Shown piece after piece: positions 1 through 7,558 of a stretch of DNA of 64,000 nt (position 1 is its first letter; every line of letters begins with the position of its first letter). This stretch comes from Spirochaetia bacterium (lineage in GTDB: Bacteria > Spirochaetota > Spirochaetia > SZUA-6 > Bin103). The notes below the pieces were generated by a model, which was given only the letters and a program-made list of their open reading frames with translations, ran no database searches and was not told where the DNA came from. Made by a program: the position numbers and the translations under genes. The stretch is taken from assembly GCA_965208575.1 (NCBI GenBank), contig CBDBOV010000003.1, positions 128,001 to 192,000 on the forward strand, read 5' to 3'.

Positions 1-2
1 AC

Positions 3-1493
3 CACCTGCGGAGCGGCGCTGGCCAACAAGCCGGCGACCTGGCGCGTGGTCATGCCGGCGGCCTGCTCGATCAGCTCGCGCTGGCGCCGCGGGTGCAGCA
101 ACGCGGCGGCGGACGCCGGCCCGGCGGACCGCTCCGGGCTGGAACACAGTTCCGGGTTGGAACAAAGTTCCGGTTTCCGATCACCCCGCGACGGCGCCGG
201 TGCGAGTGCAGCGGTGAGCCGCGGCTCCGATGGGGCCACGACCGGCAACGGTACCGGTTCGGCGCCACTCGCCGGCGGTGGAGGTGGCGCGGCCGGGCCT
301 TGGTCCGAGGCGGCCACGGCGGCACCGGGAGGGCGCAACGGTGCCGGACAGCGCCCGGCGGCTCCGCTCGACTCCCGCCGCGCCGGCAGCGCATCGGCAT
401 GCCGGGCGCCGCGGTGCCGCGCAGCCGCGAGGCTCGCCGCCGGCACCACCGGCGTGGCCGCCGCCTCGTTACCCGTGAGCCCGGGCCGCGGTACACGCCC
501 CGGCGCCGCAGGCGGTGGCGCGTGCAGCGTGGCGGCCGTCGAAGCCGGTGCAGCGCCCGAGGTGGCGGCACTCAAGTCCCATCGGCCCACCGGCTGCGCA
601 CCCGCCGCTGCCGGGCGGGCACCGACTGCCGCCGCGTCGTCCGACAGTCGCCTGCAACGGTCGCTCACGGTATGCCGTTCCTCGCGGCCTCCGGCGTCAC
701 CGAGCGACTGCGCCGCCGGCTCGTCCGACGATGGCCTGCAACGGTCGTTCACGGTGTGCCGGTCCTCGTGGCTTCCGGCGGCACAGGACGACCGCGCCGC
801 CGAGCCGTCCGACGATGGCCTGCAACGGTCGCTCACCGCATGCCGGTCCTCGTGGCTTCCGGCGTCATCGAGCGACCGCACCTCCGGCTCGTCCGCCGAT
901 GGTCCGCCACGGTCGCTCACGGTATGCCGGGCCCCGCGGCCTCGGGCGTCACCGAGCGACCCCGGCTCCTGGTCGACGGCGGCCACGCCGGGCGGCGCCG
1001 ATGCCGTCACCGCCGCGGCACCGGCCATCCCCGCTCCCGACGCTTCGCCATCCTGGTCACCCGCTGCGCTCGGCGCACCAGGCAGCCCGTGCAGATCTTC
1101 GCAGCGCTCCGGATCGACGGTCGCGCTCTCTCTCCGGCACGTGCGCTCGGCCGCCCCAAACGCCGTCTCCAACTGCGCCGCCGACGTCACACTCAGCTCG
1201 CCGCTGTGCAGCATGGCCCGCACCCAGCCATGCCGCCGGCACAACCTCATGGTCTGAATACGCCGTTGCGCGGCCGCGTCGGTGAACCGCAACTCCCGCA
1301 CCGCGTAGTCGAACAGGCTCGAGAACCCGCGCCGCAGCGCCAGCCCACGCCGGTCGATCTCGTCGAGATGGTCCAGGATGTGCACTTCGAGCCCGCGCTG
1401 GTTGGCCGCCAGGCGCCGGGTCTGCTCGAGGAGTTGCTGATCGCCGAGTGAGCTGAAGGGTCGTCTGGCGGTCCCGCCGGTCATGTTTGGCAT
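3..1493 (-). CDS. HNH endonuclease / DUF222-like protein, 3' end beyond window edge
   Basis: Own translation from ATG 1493: MPNMTGG...LGDQQLLEQTRRLAANQRGLEVHILDHLDEIDRRGLALRRGFSSLFDYAVRELRFTDAAAQRRI, typical N-terminus of DUF222-like HNH proteins. Same frame reads ...RELIEQAAGMTTRQVAGLL at the edge. Absent from the ORF track, presumably because there is no stop in the window. HNH motif itself not visible. Confidence 0.65.
   Translation of the reverse strand, partial: MPNMTGGTARRPFSSLGDQQLLEQTRRLAANQRGLEVHILDHLDEIDRRGLALRRGFSSLFDYAVRELRFTDAAAQRRIQTMRLCRRHGWVRAMLHSGELSVTSAAQLETAFGAAERTCRRESATVDPERCEDLHGLPGAPSAAGDQDGEASGAGMAGAAAVTASAPPGVAAVDQEPGSLGDARGRGARHTVSDRGGPSADEPEVRSLDDAGSHEDRHAVSDRCRPSSDGSAARSSCAAGSHEDRHTVNDRCRPSSDEPAAQSLGDAGGREERHTVSDRCRRLSDDAAAVGARPAAAGAQPVGRWDLSAATSGAAPASTAATLHAPPPAAPGRVPRPGLTGNEAAATPVVPAASLAAARHRGARHADALPARRESSGAAGRCPAPLRPPGAAVAASDQGPAAPPPPPASGAEPVPLPVVAPSEPRLTAALAPAPSRGDRKPELCSNPELCSSPERSAGPASAAALLHPRRQRELIEQAAGMTTRQVAGLLASAAPQV
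639..968. repeat. 84-bp (28-codon) imperfect tandem repeat x4 inside the HNH-like gene
   Basis: GTCCGAC/GTCCGCC unit starts at 639, 723, 807 and 891. Confidence 0.9.
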
Positions 1494-1947
1494 GTCTTAA
1501 ATATAACACTGGCTGGTAGATAGCACTTCTGTGCAGGGCCTCGACCCGGCACCGGAAGCGCCCGTGGGGCGCGAATCGGCGGCTCCAGGGGCACGCGGTC
1601 GGCCACTTGACGGTCGCAGACCATTGCCGGGCTTCACGGCCCGCCAGCGGCCCTCAGCGGCAGCGGAAAAGTGCGTCAACCCCTGCGCCCGATTTTCTGC
1701 AGTTATTTTGGTGCAGGTCGACAGGAACCCGCCCCGCGCTGCAAAAGTTGGTCCGACCCGCCCGGTACGTGGGCCCTCACGACCACCGGCGCCCGCGGCA
1801 GCCCGTTCGGTCCCCCATCTGCTGCCGACCTGCGCCGGACGCTCGCCTGCTCAGTTGCCGTACGCGCGTATCGTCCTTGCTCCCCGCTCCTGATCGGGGT
1901 CCAACTTCGGGAGGCTCTCCGGGCTCTCCCCCGGCTAATGTTCGCCC

Positions 1948-2180
1948 GGGGCTTCAGATCCCAATACCACGAACCGTCGGCCAGCTCTACGGCGCGAGCC
2001 AAGTTCGCGCAGCCGCAACCGCAGGCTCGCCAGCTTGCGCGCCAACACGTGGCGCGGATCGAACAGAATGATGCCGTGGTCACAGATGTCCAGCAGGAGC
2101 CAGGGGGTATCGGCCAGCTCCGTCTCGGTACGGAACACCGCGTACGGCTCGGTCGGAACCTTGCGCGCCCGCAACTCGTC
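1948..2180 (-). pseudogene. C-terminal shard of a minimal nucleotidyltransferase (MNT) antitoxin, frameshifted
   Basis: ELRARKVPTEPYAVFRTETELADTPWLLLDICDHGIILFDPRHVL...GSRR then frame change to VELADGSWYWDLKP; aligns by eye to the C-half of the MNT at 2975-3505. Confidence 0.85.
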
Positions 2181-2226
2181 ATGCGGCATCTCTGGCGTGG
2201 GCGGCACGGGAGATGGCCGGCTCGAC

Positions 2227-2265
2227 TTGACCCCGAGCAGTCCGTGGCGTACGGTATGACGTACG
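2227..2265 (+). promoter_or_regulatory. sigma70 promoter with YefM-type operator
   Basis: TTGACC(2227)-17 bp-TACGGT(2250); two CGTACG palindromes at 2248 and 2260, 12 bp apart like the TGTACA pair of E. coli yefM-yoeB. Confidence 0.7.
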
Positions 2266-2275
2266 GGAGGCAGCC

Positions 2276-2518
2276 ATGGGGACCTTGAATGTCACCAACG
2301 CACGGAAGAACCTGTACCGGCTCATCGATGAAGTGAATGAAACGCATGCTCCGGTCACGATCACGGGAAAGGAGCGGTCGGCGGTCCTGGTGGGCGAACA
2401 GGACTGGAATGCAATACAGGAGACGTTGTACCTGTCCAGCATCCCCGGCATGACCGATTCGATACGGAGGGGACTCGAGACCCCCGTGGAGGAGTGCGAC
2501 GCAGAGCCTGGGTGGTGA
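2276..2518 (+). CDS. yefM: Phd/YefM family antitoxin
   Basis: NVTNARKNLYRLIDEV...PVTITGK...AVLV...DWNAIQETLYL; GGAGG RBS. Confidence 0.92.
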   Translation: MGTLNVTNARKNLYRLIDEVNETHAPVTITGKERSAVLVGEQDWNAIQETLYLSSIPGMTDSIRRGLETPVEECDAEPGW

Positions 2519-2528
2519 CTATCGACTG

Positions 2529-2777
2529 GTGTTCACCAGGCAAGCCCGAAAGGATGCACGGAAGGTGGCTGCGTCCGGGCTCCGTACAAACGTGGAGCGC
2601 CTCCTTCAAGTGCTCCGTGAGGATCCCTGGCGCAACCCGCCACCGTTCGAGAAACTGGTTGGCGATCTGACCGGAGCGTGTTCGCGCCGAATCAACATCC
2701 AGCACCGCCTCGTGTACCAGGTCCTTGAACGCGAACGCGTCGTCAAGGTGCTCCGAATGTGGACGCACTACGAGTGA
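2529..2777 (+). CDS. yoeB: Txe/YoeB family toxin (natural start possibly frameshifted)
   Basis: PPPFEKLVGDLTGACSRRINIQHRLVYQV...VKVLRMWTHYE. Confidence 0.9.
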   Translation: MFTRQARKDARKVAASGLRTNVERLLQVLREDPWRNPPPFEKLVGDLTGACSRRINIQHRLVYQVLERERVVKVLRMWTHYE

Positions 2778-2802
2778 GCCGTCACGGTAGGTGCGCCGCG
2801 CA

Positions 2803-2871
2803 CTCCCGTTTGCGCGACAAGCTGCTCGTGATCGAGCAGCTTTCGATGGTTGCCGAGTAATTCCTGGCCCG
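2803..2871 (+). pseudogene. 69-bp shard of a paralog of the small ORF at 5280-5465
   Basis: Near-copy of 5355-5422 with a 1-nt insertion and a TAT to TAA change. Confidence 0.85.
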
Positions 2872-2974
2872 CCGGGCCGAGCGGCCCAAGCCTCTCCCCC
2901 GCGGAGCTTGATCAGGACGAGTTGGCCGCATCCGACCGGCTTCCCGGGTAGTGGCATGTGCTATCATGGCAGCA

Positions 2975-3505
2975 ATGGCAGCATCTTCAGAGAGATGCGG
3001 CACGGGGCGCAGGTCCGGCTATGCTGAGGTCAGGCCGCTCACCGACTGCTTGCTCGCCAGGTTGGGCGCCGAGCTGGATGAGCGACTGGTCGCCGTCGCG
3101 CTCTACGGGTCAGTGGCTCGCGGTGAGGCGCGAGCGGAGAGCGACATCGACCTGTTCCTGGTGTATCGGGGCGACGGCGAGCGCGTCGCGGACACCTTCG
3201 TCGAAGTGGAGTTGGCGCTGCGTGCTGCGCCGCTCTCGGCGGAATTGCAGGCGCGTGGCGTGCCTACCAACCCGATGCCGGTGTTCCGGTCGGAAGCAGC
3301 GCTGGTCGACACCCCGTGGCTGCTTCTGGACGTCTCTCACCACGGCATCATCCTGTTCGATCCGCGCCAAGTGCTGCACGCCAAGCTGGCGGCGCTCCGG
3401 CAGCGGCTTGCCGAGTTGGGGTCGCGGCGCATCGAGTTGGCCGACGGCTCGTGGTACTGGGATCTCAAGCCCGACCTGCGCCCCGGAGAGATGATCGAGC
3501 TGTGA
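2975..3505 (+). CDS. Minimal nucleotidyltransferase (MNT) antitoxin
   Basis: LYGSVARGEARAESDIDL (GS-x10-DxD) motif; TGcTATCAT -10 box 7 nt upstream of ATG 2975. Confidence 0.88.
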   Translation: MAASSERCGTGRRSGYAEVRPLTDCLLARLGAELDERLVAVALYGSVARGEARAESDIDLFLVYRGDGERVADTFVEVELALRAAPLSAELQARGVPTNPMPVFRSEAALVDTPWLLLDVSHHGIILFDPRQVLHAKLAALRQRLAELGSRRIELADGSWYWDLKPDLRPGEMIEL

Positions 3506-3521
3506 TCATGCGGGTTTGGCG

Positions 3522-3989
3522 ATGAGCAACGGCGAGCGCGGCCGCAAACTGCTGGCGGCGTCGTGCGAGCACCTCGCGGAGATGGAGGGCGCGCTGCGCC
3601 GCAGTTCGTGGAACATCGCCGTGCGCCGCGCGCAGGAAGTCGTGGAGCTGGCACTGAAGGCGGTGCTCACCTACCTGTGCATTGACTATCCGAAGGTGCA
3701 CGACGCCGCCGAACTGTTCGTGGCTACGCTTGCCGCCCGGCAGATGCCCCTGAGCGAGGTGGAAGCGGCCGACGTGCACGCCGTCTCCGCGCGATTGGCC
3801 GAGCGGCGCGCGCCGGCGTTCTACTTCGAGTACGACGAAGAGCCGGCCGGCGCTCGCGGGGCGGCGGCCGACGCGCGTCGCGTCCAGCGCCTGTGCGCCC
3901 GCATCGCCGCGGACATCGAACGGGCGGCTGCGGCGCGGCAGGAGCAGGCCGGCGGTGACCGGGAGCCGTCCGCCGGCGCAGCCGATTAA
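3522..3989 (+). CDS. HEPN domain protein (MNT-HEPN pair)
   Basis: AVRRAQEVVELALKAVL...DYPKVHD...RAPAFY; directly downstream of the MNT. Confidence 0.85.
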   Translation: MSNGERGRKLLAASCEHLAEMEGALRRSSWNIAVRRAQEVVELALKAVLTYLCIDYPKVHDAAELFVATLAARQMPLSEVEAADVHAVSARLAERRAPAFYFEYDEEPAGARGAAADARRVQRLCARIAADIERAAAARQEQAGGDREPSAGAAD

Positions 3990-4087
3990 CGCGCCAGGAC
4001 GCGGTCGCGTTCCATGTTGCGCATGCGGCATGACGTGGTCGCCGGGCGGAGCGAAAGACATGCTCGCCGAGAATTTCCTGTTCGGAC

Positions 4088-4132
4088 GGTCCCGACCAGG
4101 TTCCGCCAGTCCTTGACGTCGCCGTGCTCCCT
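4088..4132 (-). pseudogene. Inverted 45-bp shard of a family-5 SBP gene
   Basis: Encodes REHGDVKDWRNLVGT, matching KQYGHMQDWKTAVGT of the SBP at 8252-10042. Confidence 0.7.
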
Positions 4133-4472
4133 GAGATCAACGTGTGGACCTTCGATTTTCGGGCTGGCACAGGATTTACTTTCAACAACGTCAACCACGC
4201 GCCCTTTGATGACATCCGCGTGCGCCGGGCCATGCAGATGGCGCTGGATCTGGAGACGATCAATGCGACCTTCTTCGGCGGTTTGGGAGATCCGACTCCG
4301 AACGGATTGTATGCCAACTCCAAGGCGGGGGTTGGCACGCCCTTCGACCAGTGGACCGAAGAGATCAAGCCATACTACCGGTATGACCCGGAAGGGGCGA
4401 AGCAACTGTTGGCCGATGCGGGCTATCCCGATGGCTTCAACACCCGTTTGGACTACGACGTGCGCGCCGATA
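4130..4472 (+). pseudogene. Internal shard of a family-5 ABC SBP gene
   Basis: PFDDIRVRRAMQMALDLETINATFFGGLGD...YDPEGAKQLLADAGYPDGF, paralogous to 8252-10042; no N- or C-terminus. Confidence 0.88.
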
Positions 4473-4475
4473 CGA

Positions 4476-4610
4476 GTCGCTCCCCGCCTGTGCCTGTCCG
4501 CGGGCCACCGAGCCATAGAGGGCTACCGCCGACAAGCGTTCCCCGAGTCGGTCGCGCACCCTGGCCAGGTACAGGTCCAGAAGCGGCTCCAGTTCGGGGT
4601 ACCCGTGACC
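4476..4610 (-). pseudogene. N-terminal shard of an MNT antitoxin
   Basis: GYPELEPLLDLYLARVRDRLGERLSAVALYGSVARGQAQAGSD, cut at the first catalytic Asp. Confidence 0.85.
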
Positions 4611-4777
4611 CCGATGCTGCTGGCGGGGAGGCGACACGTTGCGATCAGAATACCACGAACCAGCCGGGGATGGGGATCCGGCGGCGTGGACCGAGATGGC
4701 GCGGCGCGGGCGCGGTAGACCCGAGCGCGCGTCCGGCATGCTACAGTGGTCGCTGTGGAAGTGGAGCACGGTACCGG

Positions 4778-5287
4778 ATGAGGTTGGACAGCATCGAGCG
4801 TGTCGCGCGTGCGTTGAACGACAACGAGGTCCGCTTCATCGTGGTGGGCGGCTTGGCGGTAGTCGCCCACGGCTACGGGCGCCAGACGCAGGATCTCGAT
4901 CTTGTCATTCAGCTTGAGCCGGGCGCCATACTTCGTGCGTTCGTGGCGCTGGCCGGATTGGGGTACCGGCCCCGCGTTCCGGTCACCGTGGACGCATTCG
5001 CCGACCCCCGGCAGCGCGCGCAACTGATTGAGAACAAAGGCATGATGGTCCTGGGCTTCCACAGCGAACGGCACCGCGAGACGCCGGTCGACGTCTTTGC
5101 CACGGAACCGTTCGACTTCGATGCGGAGCACGCGGCCGCGCTAGTCGAGGAGGTGGCTCCCGGAGTGCCGGTACGGATCGTGCGGCTGGAGACGCTGCTG
5201 CGCCTGAAGCGCGGCGCGGGCAGACCCCAGGATTTGGCCGATATCGCGGAGCTGACTCAGTTTGATCGGGGTGAGGCGCATGGCTGA
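4778..5287 (+). CDS. Nucleotidyltransferase (DUF6036/AbiEii-like), probable TA component
   Basis: FIVVGGLAVVAHGYGRQTQDLDL...GRPQDLADI; TGcTACAGT -10 box at 4739. The ORF-track fusion to the upstream shard (4124) is considered spurious. Confidence 0.82.
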   Translation: MRLDSIERVARALNDNEVRFIVVGGLAVVAHGYGRQTQDLDLVIQLEPGAILRAFVALAGLGYRPRVPVTVDAFADPRQRAQLIENKGMMVLGFHSERHRETPVDVFATEPFDFDAEHAAALVEEVAPGVPVRIVRLETLLRLKRGAGRPQDLADIAELTQFDRGEAHG

Positions 5288-5465
5288 CGAGATCGATTGG
5301 CGGGTAGTCACGTTTGCCGGCAACCGACGCAGCCAGCGAGAGGAATTTCGCACGCTCCCGTTGCGCGACAAGCTGGTCGTGATCGAACAGCTCTCGATGG
5401 TTGCCGAGTATTTCCGGGCCCGTCGCCGGGTAACGCGGGTGGCGGACGACACTCAAGATACGTAG
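5280..5465 (+). CDS. Small hypothetical partner of the nucleotidyltransferase
   Basis: Overlaps the NTase stop; MADEIDWRVVTFAGNRRSQREEFRTLPLRDKL; a decayed paralog shard exists at 2803. Confidence 0.7.
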   Translation: MADEIDWRVVTFAGNRRSQREEFRTLPLRDKLVVIEQLSMVAEYFRARRRVTRVADDTQDT

Positions 5466-5527
5466 TCATAGACCCTGCCGGCGGCGCACGGCGCCACTTG
5501 ACCGATTCGATACGGAACGGACTCGAG

Positions 5528-5749
5528 GCGGCCCTACTGCTCGCCGACGACCGGACCGTTCGCCGCGTGGCTGTCGTCGAAGGCACTCGACCGCTCGGCA
5601 CGCTCGGCGTGTTGCTGCTGGCGTTGCGACGGGGACTGGTCGACCAGGACGAGGTGCGCCGGCTGGTCGACGACCTCGTGCGCTCCCATGGCTTCCGAAT
5701 CGGGGTGGAGCTGTATGCCGCGGTGATTCGCGAAATCGACCGGCCGTAG
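5528..5749 (+). pseudogene. C-terminal shard of a DUF3368/PIN-domain protein
   Basis: LLLADDRTVRRVA...GTLGVLLLALRRGLV...HGFRIGVELY; PIN N-terminus absent. Confidence 0.75.
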
Positions 5750-5834
5750 CTGCAGCGTGCTACAGTGGTCGTGCCGACAGGGGAGTACGGGGTCGGAGGA
5801 GGCTGGTCCTGTGACACCGCACCGGAGACGAATA

Positions 5835-5975
5835 CCGCGCTATAGACCACAAGACGCCCGATTTCGCGCACTGAAAACAGCTATTCAGGAAGGTCTGGAG
5901 AGCGGCGTAGCGGACAAGATGGTGAAGGAGATTTGGGCGGAAGCCGAGGTACGATTCCGAGCGAAGCGTGGCTGA
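5835..5975 (+). pseudogene. parD: C-terminal shard of a ParD-type antitoxin
   Basis: RFRALKTAIQEGLESGVADK...IWAEAE; N-terminal RHH region missing. Confidence 0.65.
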
Positions 5976-6047
5976 CTCGAGTGCAACGATGGCGTTCTCA
6001 TTATCCGTGTATTGCACGTAAGAATGGACGCTTCACTTCACCTATGA
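5968..6047 (+). pseudogene. parE: Internally deleted ParE/RelE toxin
   Basis: GTG GCT GAC start overlapping the parD stop, then out-of-frame C-terminus NDGVLIIRVLHVRMDASLHL* (5985-6047). Confidence 0.7.
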
Positions 6048-6340
6048 TCCATCGGAACCGGCGAGAGGTTGCATGGAACCGCCGGTTCGCCCAGACACCG
6101 CCACCGCCACCGCCATTGTGCCGGTCGGCACCAACCGGCAGACCGCCGACGAGCGCGGCGAGTAGTGGCCGCCGCCCGCGCTAGCCCGCTAGCCACCGCC
6201 CGACACGACCGACACATCGTACTGCACGCCAATCCTGCTCCTCCCGCGGCCGATCATCTCTCCTGTCACTCGGGCAATCCGGTCAACGGGAGCCTTGACC
6301 GCTGCAGCGCCAACTGCACGCGGCCCACCACGCCATTGGC

Positions 6341-6670
6341 TCAGGCACCGCCCGAGTTCCCTGCGGCGACGCCGCTCCCTCCGGCCGGCGCCGCGCCCAC
6401 GCGGGCGAGGAAGTCGGCGCCGGTGTCACACTGCACCAGCCAATCGCCGACCTCCGCCAGACGTTCCGTGTCGGTGATGGGCGCCAACAGCTCCGCCAAG
6501 CGTTCGGCGGTGGCCACTCCGAAGCGCGCCGCCGTCATTCGGCACAGCAGCGCTCGTTCGTGCTCAAGCCCCTGCTCGCGTCCCTGCTCAAGGCCTTGCT
6601 CCAGCCCCTGCTCGATGCCTTCCTTCTGCCACTCCTTGGACCATTCGGCCGCTCGTTCCACCAACGTCAT
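6341..6670 (-). CDS. Putative intragenic small protein (RpnS-like antitoxin)
   Basis: GGAGG-8 nt-ATG in frame before MTLVERAAEWSKEWQKEG. Confidence 0.6.
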   Translation of the reverse strand: MTLVERAAEWSKEWQKEGIEQGLEQGLEQGREQGLEHERALLCRMTAARFGVATAERLAELLAPITDTERLAEVGDWLVQCDTGADFLARVGAAPAGGSGVAAGNSGGA

Positions 6671-7369
6671 ACTCACGTCCTCCAACTTCCGTATCGGCGG
6701 CAGCTCCGCCCCGCTCGGCACCAGCCGCTCCACGATCTGCCGCATCCAGTCCGCGAACGCCCGCCGCACCTGCAGGTCCGGCAGCCAAGCCGCCAACTCC
6801 TCCGCCACCCGCGCCACGTCGCTCAGCGAACGGCTCTGCTCCAACCCGACCACCGCGCTCATCCGGTTGCGGCTCGGTAAATCGTCCGCTGCTACACGCC
6901 GCTCGTCAAGTACGAAGTAACGCTGCGCCGGTTGATACGGCGCCAGCAGCGGCCCCACCGGCGCGATCAGCTCCCCCATCTGCAGCGGTGACTGCCATGG
7001 CTCGTCGCCATTGTACAACACCAGCGGCAACACCGCGGGCAGCCGGCCATCGGCGTCAAGCTGCTCGTTGCGCGCCAGCTCCTGGTACAGCAGCCCGGTG
7101 TAGGTGAGTATCCGCAACGCCATCAACGGGTCGTCGGTCGATTGGAACTCCACCAGCAACAGCAGGTACAGCCAGTTGCTGCGCAAGCGCATCCGCCAAA
7201 CGTTGTCGCCGTGGCGTTTGAGCAATTCGTCGCTGATGTACTCGGTCGACAGTTTTCTGAGGGTGGCAAAGTCGACCTCCTCGATCCAGTTGCCTGGGAC
7301 GAAACCGCGCAGGAGATCCTCGATCACGCGCGGGGAGGCGAAGATCCGCTTGTAGTTCTCGTCGTGCAT
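6341..7369 (-). CDS. Rpn/YhgA-like recombination-promoting nuclease (PD-(D/E)xK, Transposase_31)
   Basis: MHDENYKRIF...YLLLLVEFQSTDDPLMALRILTY...LPAVLPLVLYNG...EGIEQGLEQGLEQGREQG. Confidence 0.92.
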   Translation of the reverse strand: MHDENYKRIFASPRVIEDLLRGFVPGNWIEEVDFATLRKLSTEYISDELLKRHGDNVWRMRLRSNWLYLLLLVEFQSTDDPLMALRILTYTGLLYQELARNEQLDADGRLPAVLPLVLYNGDEPWQSPLQMGELIAPVGPLLAPYQPAQRYFVLDERRVAADDLPSRNRMSAVVGLEQSRSLSDVARVAEELAAWLPDLQVRRAFADWMRQIVERLVPSGAELPPIRKLEDVSMTLVERAAEWSKEWQKEGIEQGLEQGLEQGREQGLEHERALLCRMTAARFGVATAERLAELLAPITDTERLAEVGDWLVQCDTGADFLARVGAAPAGGSGVAAGNSGGA

Positions 7370-7530
7370 CCAGCCCCGAGGATACCCGATCCCGGCGTGG
7401 CGGCCGCCACTATGCGGCTGATGCGCACCACGACGGACAGCGCATGTCGTTCCCTGAAACCGCCTAACTTGTATTTCTCCCCAAACTCGGCCGGTTCGAG
7501 AAAACCTCGGCAATCGGGCCGTTTGCGTCA

Positions 7531-7558
7531 TTGACAGGTGTCGAGCGTGTGCTATAGT
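7531..7558 (+). promoter_or_regulatory. sigma70 promoter
   Basis: TTGACA-16 bp-TATAGT with TGn extension. Confidence 0.7.

Noticed and set aside
46-1451. Long plus-strand ORFs (46-1257, 93-1451) and many similar Arg/Ala/Pro-rich ORFs across the window
   Set aside because: Shadow frames of real genes in high-GC DNA; no recognisable motifs.
4124-5287. 387-aa SBP-nucleotidyltransferase fusion protein
   Set aside because: The middle is the antisense of an MNT shard, and the NTase has its own promoter and ATG at 4778; the open frame is incidental.
4473-5980. GACTCG at three shard junctions (about 4473, 5520, 5973) as a recombination site
   Set aside because: A short GC-rich 6-mer, explainable by coding context and absent at other junctions.
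1900-6100. Integron cassette array
   Set aside because: No attC (RYYYAAC...GTTRRRY) structures or intI seen, and the fragments lie in both orientations.
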